Shown here: piece by piece, positions 1 to 8,350 of the stretch | Position numbering within the stretch: the first letter of the stretch is position 1 | Layout of the letters: each line of letters starts with the position of its first letter | Assembly (NCBI GenBank): GCA_964640215.1 | Contig: CAZXEW010000059.1 | Span: 1 to 54,515 of the forward strand | From: an uncultured Gammaproteobacteria bacterium | GTDB taxonomy: Bacteria; Patescibacteriota; Microgenomatia; Daviesbacterales; UBA10151 | Length of the DNA: 54,515 bases | Direction of reading: 5' to 3' | Made by a program: the position numbers and the translations under genes | Notes under the pieces: model-generated | What the model was told of the DNA's origin: nothing | The model's database searches: none | The model's input: the letters and a program-made list of their open reading frames with translations, nothing else

Positions 1-66
1 CATATCTTGACTAATTAAACCCGAAAGTGGTGGCAAAAAACAAGTCTTTTATCAAAGGTCTGCCTT

Positions 67-75
67 TGCTATAAT
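67..75 (+). promoter_or_regulatory. Extended -10 promoter (TGcTATAAT), probably giving a leaderless tyrS mRNA
   Basis: TGCTATAAT at 67-75; ATG at 82, 6 nt after the hexamer; no Shine-Dalgarno. Confidence 0.6.
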
Positions 76-81
76 TCCCCC

Positions 82-1230
82 ATGGGTACGGAAGAAAAGC
101 TTAAATTAATCACCCGTAATCTCGAGGAAGTATTGACGGAGGAGGAGTTGAAGAAGTTGATCGAATCGGGGACGCCGCTACGGCATTACATTGGGTTTGA
201 GATTTCAGGGAAAGTGCATTTAGGTCAGGGGTTGGCTGTAATGCAAAAGGTCAAGGAGATCCATGAGGCCGGGGCCGAAACTATAATCTGGTTGGCTGAT
301 TGGCACGGATGGATTAATAACAAATTGGATGGGACATTGGAGACGGCCCAGAGGATGGCCCGGGAGTACTTTGCAGAGGCCATGAGAGCAGCCTATCTTT
401 GCGTTGGAGGCGATCCTGAAGCATTAGTTTTTAAGCAAGGTAGTGAACTTTATACTACGCAACCGGAATTTTGGGGAAAAGTTGTTAAGGTGGCAAGGGC
501 GACTACTATCTCAAGAATGATGCGATCAACTGATATTATGGGTAGAACTGCTGGAGATAGTTCAAGTACTGCGACTCTTTTTTACCCGGCGATGCAGGCA
601 GCTGATATTTTTCAGATGGAAATTAATATCGCCCATGCCGGAACAGACCAACGAAATGTGCATATTGTGGCTAGAGATGTTGCAAAGAACCTGGGAGTCG
701 ATAAACCGATCGCTATTCACCATCATTTAATCATGGGGTTAAAACCTTTAGGGGATAATGACGACCCGGAATTAGCTAAAAAAGCGGCGAATGTTAATAA
801 CCTTTTATACGAAGAGAAAGCCTCATTGATAATTGCCCTAAAAATGAGTAAATCTAAACCAGATACAGCTGTATTTATTACAGATTCACCTGAAGATATA
901 GAAAAGAAGGTCAATAATGCTTATGCCCCAGAAGGACAGGTCGAATTTAATCCAATTTTGGATTGGGTCAAGCATCTAATTTTCTATAGGCCACAGGGTT
1001 CAACCCTAGTCGTGAAGCGGGAGGAGCGTTTTGGGGGAGATGTAGAGTATTCGGCTTATGAGGATTTAGAACGCGATTATATTGCAAGGAAGTTACATCC
1101 ACAGGATTTGAAGAGAGCAGTGGCTGAGTGGCTGATCAAAAAATTGGAGCCTGCTAGGAAGTATTTTGAGGATCCGAAGAGGAAGGCGGCGTTGGAGGAG
1201 ATTGAGAGATTGACTGTTAAGAAAGGTTAG
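82..1230 (+). CDS. tyrS: Tyrosine--tRNA ligase, archaeal/eukaryal type
   Basis: YIGFEISGKVHLG (HIGH-like), YPAMQAADIF, KMSKS and C-terminal LHPQDLK resemble archaeal TyrRS (YIGFEPSGKIHLG...LHPMDLK); no bacterial S4-like C-terminal domain. Confidence 0.9.
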   Translation: MGTEEKLKLITRNLEEVLTEEELKKLIESGTPLRHYIGFEISGKVHLGQGLAVMQKVKEIHEAGAETIIWLADWHGWINNKLDGTLETAQRMAREYFAEAMRAAYLCVGGDPEALVFKQGSELYTTQPEFWGKVVKVARATTISRMMRSTDIMGRTAGDSSSTATLFYPAMQAADIFQMEINIAHAGTDQRNVHIVARDVAKNLGVDKPIAIHHHLIMGLKPLGDNDDPELAKKAANVNNLLYEEKASLIIALKMSKSKPDTAVFITDSPEDIEKKVNNAYAPEGQVEFNPILDWVKHLIFYRPQGSTLVVKREERFGGDVEYSAYEDLERDYIARKLHPQDLKRAVAEWLIKKLEPARKYFEDPKRKAALEEIERLTVKKG

Positions 1231-1349
1231 ATTGCGGCTAAAATAAAGCTCGTAGCTCCAACTACAAAGCCGACTTTGACCATTGTTCTCAAGAACTTAC
1301 TTCGGGGCATATTGATTCCTAGAAATGTTGGTTGCGGTTCTTTTTCCAT
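1227..1349 (-). CDS. Small 40-aa putative membrane/secreted peptide (MEKEPQPTFLGINMPRSKFLRTMVKVGFVVGATSFILAAI)
   Basis: Translated by hand; below ORF-track cutoff; TGtTAAAAT 6 nt upstream of the ATG; hydrophobic C-terminus; stop overlaps the tyrS stop. Confidence 0.5.
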   Translation of the reverse strand: MEKEPQPTFLGINMPRSKFLRTMVKVGFVVGATSFILAAI

Positions 1350-1377
1350 AAGCGTATTTTAACACATCTAGTCTAGA

Positions 1378-1499
1378 GATCCCTCGCTAGGACGCTTCGG
1401 GATGACAAGGGGCATGGATTCCCGCTTTCGCGGGAATGACATTGTTATGTTGACAACAGTGATTCTGGACGCGCCGCGTCTGACGCGGGCAGAATGATG
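1378..1499. repeat. Cluster of three REP-like palindromes (GATYCY...RGRATGAC family)
   Basis: gatccctcgctaggacgcttcgggatgaca, gattcccgctttcgcgggaatgaca (fits ATTCCC-N8-GGGAAT) and gattctgg...cagaatgatg. Confidence 0.8.
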
Positions 1500-1607
1500 C
1501 TACTCGTCCTGTAAGCAAAGCTTGCGACTACGTCTCAGGAAGCCACAGTGAGCCATCGTTTCTCGTCTCTTCTTCCGCTTTGTTTCAGAATGGCGTAGAA
1601 TAATTAT

Positions 1608-1712
1608 ATGCAAGGGTTTATGCAGAAGTACCGCTGGTTTTGGGTGACGCTGTCGGTGATTGGAGGGCTCGGCCTAATATTGGGACAATTTCTGCCGCTG
1701 TTTGTCAGGTAA
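1608..1712 (+). CDS. Small 34-aa single-TM protein (MQGFMQKYRWFWVTLSVIGGLGLILGQFLPLFVR)
   Basis: Translated by hand; TAGAAT at 1596-1601, 6 nt before the ATG; basic N-terminus followed by a hydrophobic helix. Confidence 0.55.
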   Translation: MQGFMQKYRWFWVTLSVIGGLGLILGQFLPLFVR

Positions 1713-1757
1713 AACTTCAGATTTCGAAACGGGCTGGCGGTGACGTATAATCGCAGG

Positions 1758-3899
1758 ATGGAATTACAAACTAAATTGAGCGCTCTTGCCGGTGTGGGTT
1801 CGAGGATCAGACAATCTTTAGAAAAACTCGAACTTCGGACAGTCGAAGATTTAATCAATCATTTTCCCTTTCGCTACGAAGATTTTTCTAACACTTCAAG
1901 TATTGCTGAGGCTCAAATTGGGGAAAGTGTCACCGTCAAAGGACAAGTTTGGTCGATCAAGAATGTTTATACCCGAACCGGTAAAGTTTTGACTCAGGCG
2001 ATTCTAAATGATGGCACTAATTCGATCGAGCTGGTTTGGTTTAATCAATCGTGGCTGCCGAAAAATATCCATGTCGGGGAGAGCCTGCAAGTAGCTGGAA
2101 AAATTACTAAGAATGGGTCGAGGATGTCACTGGTGATGCCGAAGTGGGAGAAAATTCAGCTTACAGCAGACAGCTTACAGCAAACAGCCAGTCAAATTAC
2201 GGATTTAGAGAGCAGTGAGCGGTTAGCGGTTAGCGGTTTGCATACGGGCAGGCTGGTGGCGGTTTATCCGGAGACGTTTGGGTTGACCTCGAAATGGCTT
2301 CGGGCGAAGGTGGCGGAGGTATTGCCACGGGTGCGAGACGAGTTGGAGGAGACTTTGCCTGATCAACTGCGGGCAGATATGCCAAAATTAGCTGAGGCAA
2401 TTGAGCAAGTCCATTTTCCGACAGATTGGGATAAGTTAAATCAGGCTCGCCAGAGATTAGCTTTTGATGAGTTGTTTTTTATTCATTTAGCCACCCAAAA
2501 AACCCGCCAAGAGTGGAACCAAAAAGAGTTGGTTGATCCGCTGAAGATAAATCAATCGTCGATCGCCAAATTTATTGAAAAATTGCCGTTTAAGCTGACT
2601 AAGGCGCAGCTGAGAGTGATCGATCAGATATCGGATGATTTGAAAAAGGATCGGCCGATGAACCGGCTGATCCAGGGTGAAGTAGGCTCCGGCAAAACAG
2701 TCGTGGCGGCGGTGATTGCTTATATCGTGGCGCTGAATAAATTGCGAACATTGATCATGGCGCCGACGGAGATTTTGGCTTTGCAACATTATAGTACTTT
2801 GACTCATTTACTCGAACCGTTTGGTCTGAAAGTCGGGTTATATACAGGTCGGAAGAAAACAGTGCTTTCCGCTGACAGCTTACAGCAGACAGCCAACAAA
2901 GAAAAAGGCGGTGAGCGGTTAGCGGTGAGCAGATTGCAACCGGACGTGATTATCGGGACTCATGCACTGGTGTCAAAAAATTTCCAAACAAAGGATGTTG
3001 GTTTGATTGTGATTGATGAGCAACAAAGGTTTGGGGTCGAGCAGCGGGCTATTTTGCGCTCACTAGCTAAGATTCCGCATTTTTTAACGATGACTGCTAC
3101 TCCTATTCCGCGGACAGTGGCCTTGACTATGTATGGCGACTTGGATATATCTGTGATTGATGAGTTACCCGTGGGACGGCCAAAGATTAAGACATTTTTT
3201 GTACCAGCTAAAAAACGCCAAGCTGCCTACGAATTTATTCAAAAAAAGATTAAGGAGGGAGACCAGGCCTACATTATTACCCCTTTGATTGAGGAGTCGG
3301 AGACGCTTAAAAGTGCCAAGGCCGCCATTGTTGAGCACGCTTTTTTGCAAAAAAAGATTTTTCCAAAGCTGAAACTCGGGCTGCTTCATGGGCGGTTGAA
3401 GGGTCAGGACAAAGAGGCTGCGATTAATACTTTTAGGGATAAAGGGGTTGATATTTTGGTATCGACGTCGGTAGTCGAAGTGGGGGTTGATGTCTCGAAC
3501 GCGACGATTATGATGGTGGAGGGGGCTGAGCGGTTTGGCTTGGCCCAGTTGCATCAGTTTAGGGGGCGGGTTGGGCGAGGAACAAAAGAGTCTTTTTGTT
3601 TTTTATTTGCTGAGTCTGAGCAGTCTGAGGTGGTTAGACGGTTGAAAAGCCTGGAGCGGATTGACAACGGGTTGGAGCTGGCTGAGCTGGATCTAAAAAT
3701 CCGGGGATCAGGTGAGGTCTTCGGAACACGTCAGTCTGGTCGCTTTAATCTTAAAATTGCTTCATTGAGTGATCTGAAATTGGTCGAGCAAACCCGAAAT
3801 CAGGCACAGATTTTGCTGGCGAGCGACCCTTTACTTGACAAATACCCGCAAATTAAGGCAAAATTGGCCAGTCTGGCGGGTAACACCGCGCCAGATTAG
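1758..3899 (+). CDS. recG: ATP-dependent DNA helicase RecG
   Basis: OB/wedge domain, QGEVGSGKT, DEQQRFG, MTATPIPR, QLHQFRGRVGRG, DLKIRGSGE; ATG 1758 preferred over track start 1740 because TATAAT lies at 1746-1751. Confidence 0.97.
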   Translation: MELQTKLSALAGVGSRIRQSLEKLELRTVEDLINHFPFRYEDFSNTSSIAEAQIGESVTVKGQVWSIKNVYTRTGKVLTQAILNDGTNSIELVWFNQSWLPKNIHVGESLQVAGKITKNGSRMSLVMPKWEKIQLTADSLQQTASQITDLESSERLAVSGLHTGRLVAVYPETFGLTSKWLRAKVAEVLPRVRDELEETLPDQLRADMPKLAEAIEQVHFPTDWDKLNQARQRLAFDELFFIHLATQKTRQEWNQKELVDPLKINQSSIAKFIEKLPFKLTKAQLRVIDQISDDLKKDRPMNRLIQGEVGSGKTVVAAVIAYIVALNKLRTLIMAPTEILALQHYSTLTHLLEPFGLKVGLYTGRKKTVLSADSLQQTANKEKGGERLAVSRLQPDVIIGTHALVSKNFQTKDVGLIVIDEQQRFGVEQRAILRSLAKIPHFLTMTATPIPRTVALTMYGDLDISVIDELPVGRPKIKTFFVPAKKRQAAYEFIQKKIKEGDQAYIITPLIEESETLKSAKAAIVEHAFLQKKIFPKLKLGLLHGRLKGQDKEAAINTFRDKGVDILVSTSVVEVGVDVSNATIMMVEGAERFGLAQLHQFRGRVGRGTKESFCFLFAESEQSEVVRRLKSLERIDNGLELAELDLKIRGSGEVFGTRQSGRFNLKIASLSDLKLVEQTRNQAQILLASDPLLDKYPQIKAKLASLAGNTAPD
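2156..2240. repeat. Heptamer inverted-repeat element, in frame in recG (copy 1)
   Basis: cagctta cagcaga cagctta cagcaaa ... gcagtga gcggtta gcggtta gcggttt; encodes LTADSLQQTA...ERLAVSG. Confidence 0.85.
2869..2935. repeat. Heptamer inverted-repeat element, in frame in recG (copy 2)
   Basis: ccgctga cagctta cagcaga cagccaa ... gcggtga gcggtta gcggtga; encodes SADSLQQTA...ERLAVSR. Confidence 0.85.
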
Positions 3900-3968
3900 T
3901 TAATGGTAAATCGTAAGTCGTAGGTGGTAAGCATAACAAACCATTTACCTATTACCATTTACTACATA
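3899..3968. repeat. Heptamer inverted-repeat element between recG and rpmF
   Basis: aatggta aatcgta agtcgta ggtggta ... accattt acctatt accattt. Confidence 0.7.
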
Positions 3969-3974
3969 CCAAGC

Positions 3975-4178
3975 ATGCCTCACGAACCAAAGAAACGACA
4001 TTCTAAAGCGGCTAAACGGACCAGACGAGCCTCGATTAGCCTAAGCGCGATCAATTTATTTGATTGTCCTCATTGCGGTCAAAAAACCCTAGCTCATATG
4101 GCCTGTCGAAACTGCGGTTTCTACGGTGGCAAGCAAACAGCCTCGGCTAAGCCTGAGGTAAAAGTCACTCGAGCTTAA
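3975..4178 (+). CDS. rpmF: 50S ribosomal protein L32 (zinc-binding form)
   Basis: MPHEPKKRHSK...RR, CPHCG and CRNCGFY; ATG 3975 chosen because the track's upstream extension is repeat-derived. Confidence 0.93.
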   Translation: MPHEPKKRHSKAAKRTRRASISLSAINLFDCPHCGQKTLAHMACRNCGFYGGKQTASAKPEVKVTRA

Positions 4179-4194
4179 ATAATTCTTCCCGCCT

Positions 4195-4566
4195 ATGAAA
4201 ACTTCCACTGACCCGCGGCATATTAAAAGAACCCGGGTCATGCAGGAGTTATTTGCCTGGGACTTTAATCATCAGAGGCCATTTGAACACCCTGAGACCG
4301 AACAAATTACTGGTAAAGTGTCTGGGCTTGACAAACAGATTGCAGAGTGTGCACCAACCTGGCCAATCCCCAAAATAAACAAAATCGATTTAGCGATTTT
4401 GCGTCAGGCCATTTACGAGCTAGAGTCGGGTCAAACACCGGAGAAAGTAGTCATTGATGAGGCAGTGGAACTAGCCAAAGAGTTCGGTTCGAATTCATCA
4501 CCATCGTTTGTAAATGGGGTCTTAGGAAAAATTATTGCCAAAGAGGCTCTCCCAAAAATCAGCTAA
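4195..4566 (+). CDS. nusB: Transcription antitermination factor NusB
   Basis: [34 protein letters not shown]. Confidence 0.95.
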   Translation: MKTSTDPRHIKRTRVMQELFAWDFNHQRPFEHPETEQITGKVSGLDKQIAECAPTWPIPKINKIDLAILRQAIYELESGQTPEKVVIDEAVELAKEFGSNSSPSFVNGVLGKIIAKEALPKIS

Positions 4567-4622
4567 TCTTTTCTAGTCTTGCAAACATCAGTCAAGTCGA
4601 TAATAATTAAAAGCACTACGAT

Positions 4623-4859
4623 ATGGTCACCCAAGCAGAGATTATAAATATGATCGCCAAGCATCTGGGGGTAACACCTCAAGATATTGATGTCAATTCA
4701 TCTTTGAAAGATGATTTGGGACTCGGGCCAATTGAGATTTCCGATTTATTAACTGATTTGGCGACCAGTTTTGAGGTGGCTTTTAAAAGTGAGGAGATCG
4801 AACAGATTAAAACAGTCAATGATTTAGTACTACTGATCGAAGATTTATCTCTCGAGTGA
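4623..4859 (+). CDS. Acyl carrier protein-like, lacking the phosphopantetheine Ser
   Basis: 78-aa acidic ACP-like pattern upstream of rnc; DLGLGPIE replaces the DLGADSLD motif. Confidence 0.75.
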   Translation: MVTQAEIINMIAKHLGVTPQDIDVNSSLKDDLGLGPIEISDLLTDLATSFEVAFKSEEIEQIKTVNDLVLLIEDLSLE

Positions 4860-4876
4860 ATTTTAAGGAAAAGTGA

Positions 4877-5539
4877 ATGATAACCATTGACGAGAGTCTT
4901 CTTAAAAAACAGATCTATAAAACAGCTTTTACCCATCGCTCGACTTTAAACGAGGTTCGGGACGTGGTTGAGTCGAATGAACGGTTGGAATTTTTAGGGG
5001 ATGCTGTTTTATCTTTAATTATTTCAACTATTTTGTATAAACTACGGCCTTTAGATAATGAGGGTGATTTGACTAACCTGCGCTCGTATATTGTCAAGAC
5101 GACTTCTTTAGCGAAGGCTGCTAAAAAGCTGCGTTTGGGTCATTTTTTGAGGCTGTCAAAAGGCGAGGAGGTGTCGGGAGGACGAGATAATCCTCAGCTG
5201 ATGGCTAATACTTACGAAGCACTGTTGGGAGCCATCTTTCTGGACGGCGGAGTTGATGCAGTCAGAGAGTTTATCGAACAGACACTGCTGCCGTTGTTTA
5301 AAGAAGAGATCAGCAGCGGGCCTCCTAAAGATGCCAAATCCTATCTGCAGGAAGTCGCCCAGACTAAAACTAAGCAGTCACCTCAATACCGAATTCTAAA
5401 AACGGAAGGGCCGGATCATGCCCGCAAATTTATGGTCGGCGTCTATATTGATGGTAGGTTATTCGGCAAAGGCGAGGGTTTTTCAAAACAGTTGGCCGAG
5501 GAATCAGCAGCTGAGGAGGCTTTAAAAGAGTTGTCCTGA
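4877..5539 (+). CDS. rnc: Ribonuclease III
   Basis: NERLEFLGDAVL signature, ANTYEALLGAIFLD, C-terminal dsRBD (GPDHARKF, G.G.SK..AE..AA). Confidence 0.97.
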   Translation: MITIDESLLKKQIYKTAFTHRSTLNEVRDVVESNERLEFLGDAVLSLIISTILYKLRPLDNEGDLTNLRSYIVKTTSLAKAAKKLRLGHFLRLSKGEEVSGGRDNPQLMANTYEALLGAIFLDGGVDAVREFIEQTLLPLFKEEISSGPPKDAKSYLQEVAQTKTKQSPQYRILKTEGPDHARKFMVGVYIDGRLFGKGEGFSKQLAEESAAEEALKELS

Positions 5540-5546
5540 GCCTTTG

Positions 5547-5575
5547 TTGACTCTGAAGTGAGCTTAGCTTATACT
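5547..5575 (+). promoter_or_regulatory. Sigma70-type promoter for rpsP
   Basis: TTGACT (5547-5552), 17-nt spacer, TATACT (5570-5575); ATG at 5584. Confidence 0.7.
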
Positions 5576-5583
5576 TGCCATTC

Positions 5584-6045
5584 ATGTCAGTAAAAATAAG
5601 ATTGATGCGAATAGGTTCAAGAGGCAGGCCATTTTACCGGGTGGTAGCTGTTGATGAACGCAAAAAAAGGACCGGTGGATATTTGGAGCTACTCGGGACT
5701 TACAACCCGCTGACTTCACCGAAAGAGGTCTTGCTCAAACAGGATCGGATTGATGCTTGGGTCAAAAACGGCGCCGTCATGAGTGAGGGCTTTCTAAGGA
5801 TTATTGGTAAGGCAGTGCAACACCCAATCCGACCGGCCAAAAAAGCTAAGGCCGAACCGAAGCCAGCAGAGGCTCAGAAAGAGGAGTCGTCAGTAGAACC
5901 TGAAAAAGAATCTGTGAGCGAGGAATCGAGCGAATCCGCAAATGAATCCGAAGAAACAGTTAAGTCGGTGGAGGAATCTGTAACGGAAGATCAGCCGGCC
6001 GAAAAGCCAATAATTGAGGCTACTGAAGAAACTAAATCGCTATGA
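5584..6045 (+). CDS. rpsP: 30S ribosomal protein S16 with acidic C-terminal extension
   Basis: VKIRLMRIG..RPFYRVVAVDER, LGTYNP; about 70-aa E/S/K-rich tail. Confidence 0.95.
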   Translation: MSVKIRLMRIGSRGRPFYRVVAVDERKKRTGGYLELLGTYNPLTSPKEVLLKQDRIDAWVKNGAVMSEGFLRIIGKAVQHPIRPAKKAKAEPKPAEAQKEESSVEPEKESVSEESSESANESEETVKSVEESVTEDQPAEKPIIEATEETKSL

Positions 6046-6341
6046 GAGATCTGGTCGAATATATTGCTCGGCAAATCGTTAGTGACCCGGATGGTGTCAA
6101 AGTCGAGGAGAAACAGCAAGACGGTCTTAATATTTTAGAGTTAACAGTCTCCCCGGTCGACATGGGTATAGTCATTGGCAAGAAAGGCCAGACAATTAAG
6201 GCGATCCGTAAACTACTGGCAGTCAGGGCGATGGCTGAAAATGTTCGGGTAAACTTACAACTGATCGATCCTGAAGGCGCCCACGGCACACCGCTCACTG
6301 CAGACCGCCAAACAGATGAAGCGGAAAGCGTTAAGCCGTAA
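6042..6341 (+). CDS. khpA: KH-domain RNA-binding protein (KhpA/YlqC family)
   Basis: DMGIVIGKKGQTIKAIR (GxxG loop); located between rpsP and trmD. Confidence 0.9.
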   Translation: MRDLVEYIARQIVSDPDGVKVEEKQQDGLNILELTVSPVDMGIVIGKKGQTIKAIRKLLAVRAMAENVRVNLQLIDPEGAHGTPLTADRQTDEAESVKP

Positions 6342-6351
6342 GCGGTAAGCC
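6291..6351. repeat. Heptamer inverted-repeat element forming the KhpA C-terminal tail
   Basis: ccgctca ctgcaga ccgccaa ... gcggaaa gcgttaa gccgtaa gcggtaa. Confidence 0.75.
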
Positions 6352-6357
6352 TGTTTT

Positions 6358-7038
6358 ATGCGTTTCTCCATTATTACTTTATTTCCGGATATGTTTACTC
6401 AGGTGTTAAATTTGAGTATGTTGGGTCGGGCAGAGAAGAAGGGATTGCTGGAATTCGAGTTGATCGATATTCGACAATTCGGGCAAGGTGTTCATCAAGT
6501 GGTTGATGGTAAGCCATACGGCGGAGGGGTCGGTATGATATTTAGAGTAGACGTCTTGGCGAAGGCCTTAAAAAGTGTCAAGCAAGGTAAAAAAGGTCAG
6601 GTAGTGATGATGTCGGCCTCGGGCCAGAAATACGATCAGGCTAAAGCTAAGGTTTACGCCAAGATCGATCATCTGATTCTGGTGGCTGGACATTACGAGG
6701 GAGTTGATCAGCGATTCATCGATAAGTATGTCAATGAGGAGATTTCCATCGGTGACTATGTCTTGACAGGTGGCGAGATCGCGGCGATGGCCGTGATTGA
6801 CAGCGTAGCCCGGCTGGTGCCTGGTGTTTTGAGTAAAGAAAATGCCACCACAGAGGAGAGTTTTGAGGATTCACTACTGGAATATCCACAGTATACTAGA
6901 CCCGACGACTTCGGGGGACTGAAGGTCCCTGAGATATTGTTATCCGGTAATCATCAGGCGGTGAGTCGGTGGCGGCAGGAGCAGAGATTGGCCAAAACTG
7001 AGTCGATCCGGCCGGATTTAGTGCAGAAGAGAGGCTAG
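6358..7038 (+). CDS. trmD: tRNA (guanine-N1)-methyltransferase TrmD
   Basis: PYGGGVGM, GHYEGVDQR, SIGDYVLTGGE, LLEYPQYTRP, LLSGNH. Confidence 0.97.
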   Translation: MRFSIITLFPDMFTQVLNLSMLGRAEKKGLLEFELIDIRQFGQGVHQVVDGKPYGGGVGMIFRVDVLAKALKSVKQGKKGQVVMMSASGQKYDQAKAKVYAKIDHLILVAGHYEGVDQRFIDKYVNEEISIGDYVLTGGEIAAMAVIDSVARLVPGVLSKENATTEESFEDSLLEYPQYTRPDDFGGLKVPEILLSGNHQAVSRWRQEQRLAKTESIRPDLVQKRG

Positions 7039-7076
7039 GTACTAAAAGTTAGAGGTAAGCATTCAACTTCTGGTAG

Positions 7077-7802
7077 TTATTCAAACGGATCTGATTTTGG
7101 GAGAAACGAGCCTGAGGTGACTGTAGCGGGGGTTAGTGGACCGGTTAATCCGGTGAAAGATTGATCCAGCTTAGCGAGCAGCTGTTGATCCTCGGGTGTT
7201 AAGCTGTTTACCGGGGCATCAACTTTTCCTATTTCATTTGGGAGAGTAGCGAATGGGGCCAGAATGGTGACGCTAGCCGTGAATGAATTGGCTTTTTCCG
7301 GCGATAAATCCAGGGCGGTGATCTTGAAAATCCTTGGAGATGTATTGATTTTATCGAGAAAATCTTTGATGGCAGTTTGAGGACCCAGAAGTTCGATCTT
7401 AATCTGATAACCTTCAACTGATCCTTCCAGGAAGTTAACATTAGTCAGTTGGACTCTGGTGTTGGTAGCCAGGGTTTGGATGATAGTTGTGGCTGGAATG
7501 TAGTCTTTTTCGATCGGTAAAGCTTCTAATGCTGTAGTTAGTTCCTGTTGGTAGTTTTGCAGTGGAATCGAGCTAAGCAGATTGATTTTAACGATTAGCG
7601 AGTCAATCCGGCCTCTGGTGTCCTGAATTTGAGATTGGATTTTGAGATAGTTGATAATTTGAGGAATGATCACAAAGATGGTTAAGATTAGCCCAATAAA
7701 AAGACTCACCACCGGTAAAACAAATTTGAGATATTTGGGGCTTTTTTGGTCCTGTTGAGGAAGATTATTAGACTTAATAAATTCTATCAGGCGGTTGATC
7801 AT
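7077..7802 (-). CDS. pilO: Type IV pilus alignment protein PilO-like
   Basis: N-terminal TM, coiled coil, ferredoxin-like C-domain (FLDKINTSPRIFKI); follows pilM-pilN. Confidence 0.7.
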   Translation of the reverse strand: MINRLIEFIKSNNLPQQDQKSPKYLKFVLPVVSLFIGLILTIFVIIPQIINYLKIQSQIQDTRGRIDSLIVKINLLSSIPLQNYQQELTTALEALPIEKDYIPATTIIQTLATNTRVQLTNVNFLEGSVEGYQIKIELLGPQTAIKDFLDKINTSPRIFKITALDLSPEKANSFTASVTILAPFATLPNEIGKVDAPVNSLTPEDQQLLAKLDQSFTGLTGPLTPATVTSGSFLPKSDPFE

Positions 7803-8344
7803 TTTAGCGTTAAAGTTAAATCGAAGCGATATTTATCAGTGATGGATCGGTTTAAATTTTCGACTTTTACTTTGGCGATTCGGCCTTCAGTTAATTTAGG
7901 ATCAACGACATTGTCGAAGAGCGTTTTTAGGTCGGCCGCTGAGGAGCTTTCACCCGAATAGGAGATGTTGCCTGATTTATCTAGGCCTAAAAAGTTAGTT
8001 TTAATATTGGCTGGTTTTAGACTCAACATCAAAGTGAAGGAGGATAGCTGCTTTGATTCTTGTTTGGACCAGGTGTTAATTGAGTCGATCCTTTTTTTGA
8101 GGTTAGTTAAGAGCCCTTCCTGTTTTTTAAGCGATTCAACATCTTTAACCGTATTTTCAAGGTCGACTTTATCTTGGTATAAAGCTCTGTTTTGGAGTAG
8201 TCTCAGCATTAAGACAGTTGTCGTCACGCTAACCAGGATAATTAAGAAACCAAAGCTAATTTGATTAATTAAGGAGATCCGGTTTTTAGAGTGTTCCTGA
8301 GCCAGGACCTCTTTAGGGAGTAAGTTGATGCTAAGCTTTGTCAT
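7799..8344 (-). CDS. pilN: Type IV pilus alignment protein PilN-like
   Basis: INLLP motif at N-terminus, TM, coiled coil; directly after pilM. Confidence 0.8.
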   Translation of the reverse strand: MTKLSINLLPKEVLAQEHSKNRISLINQISFGFLIILVSVTTTVLMLRLLQNRALYQDKVDLENTVKDVESLKKQEGLLTNLKKRIDSINTWSKQESKQLSSFTLMLSLKPANIKTNFLGLDKSGNISYSGESSSAADLKTLFDNVVDPKLTEGRIAKVKVENLNRSITDKYRFDLTLTLK

Positions 8345-8350
8345 AGACCG

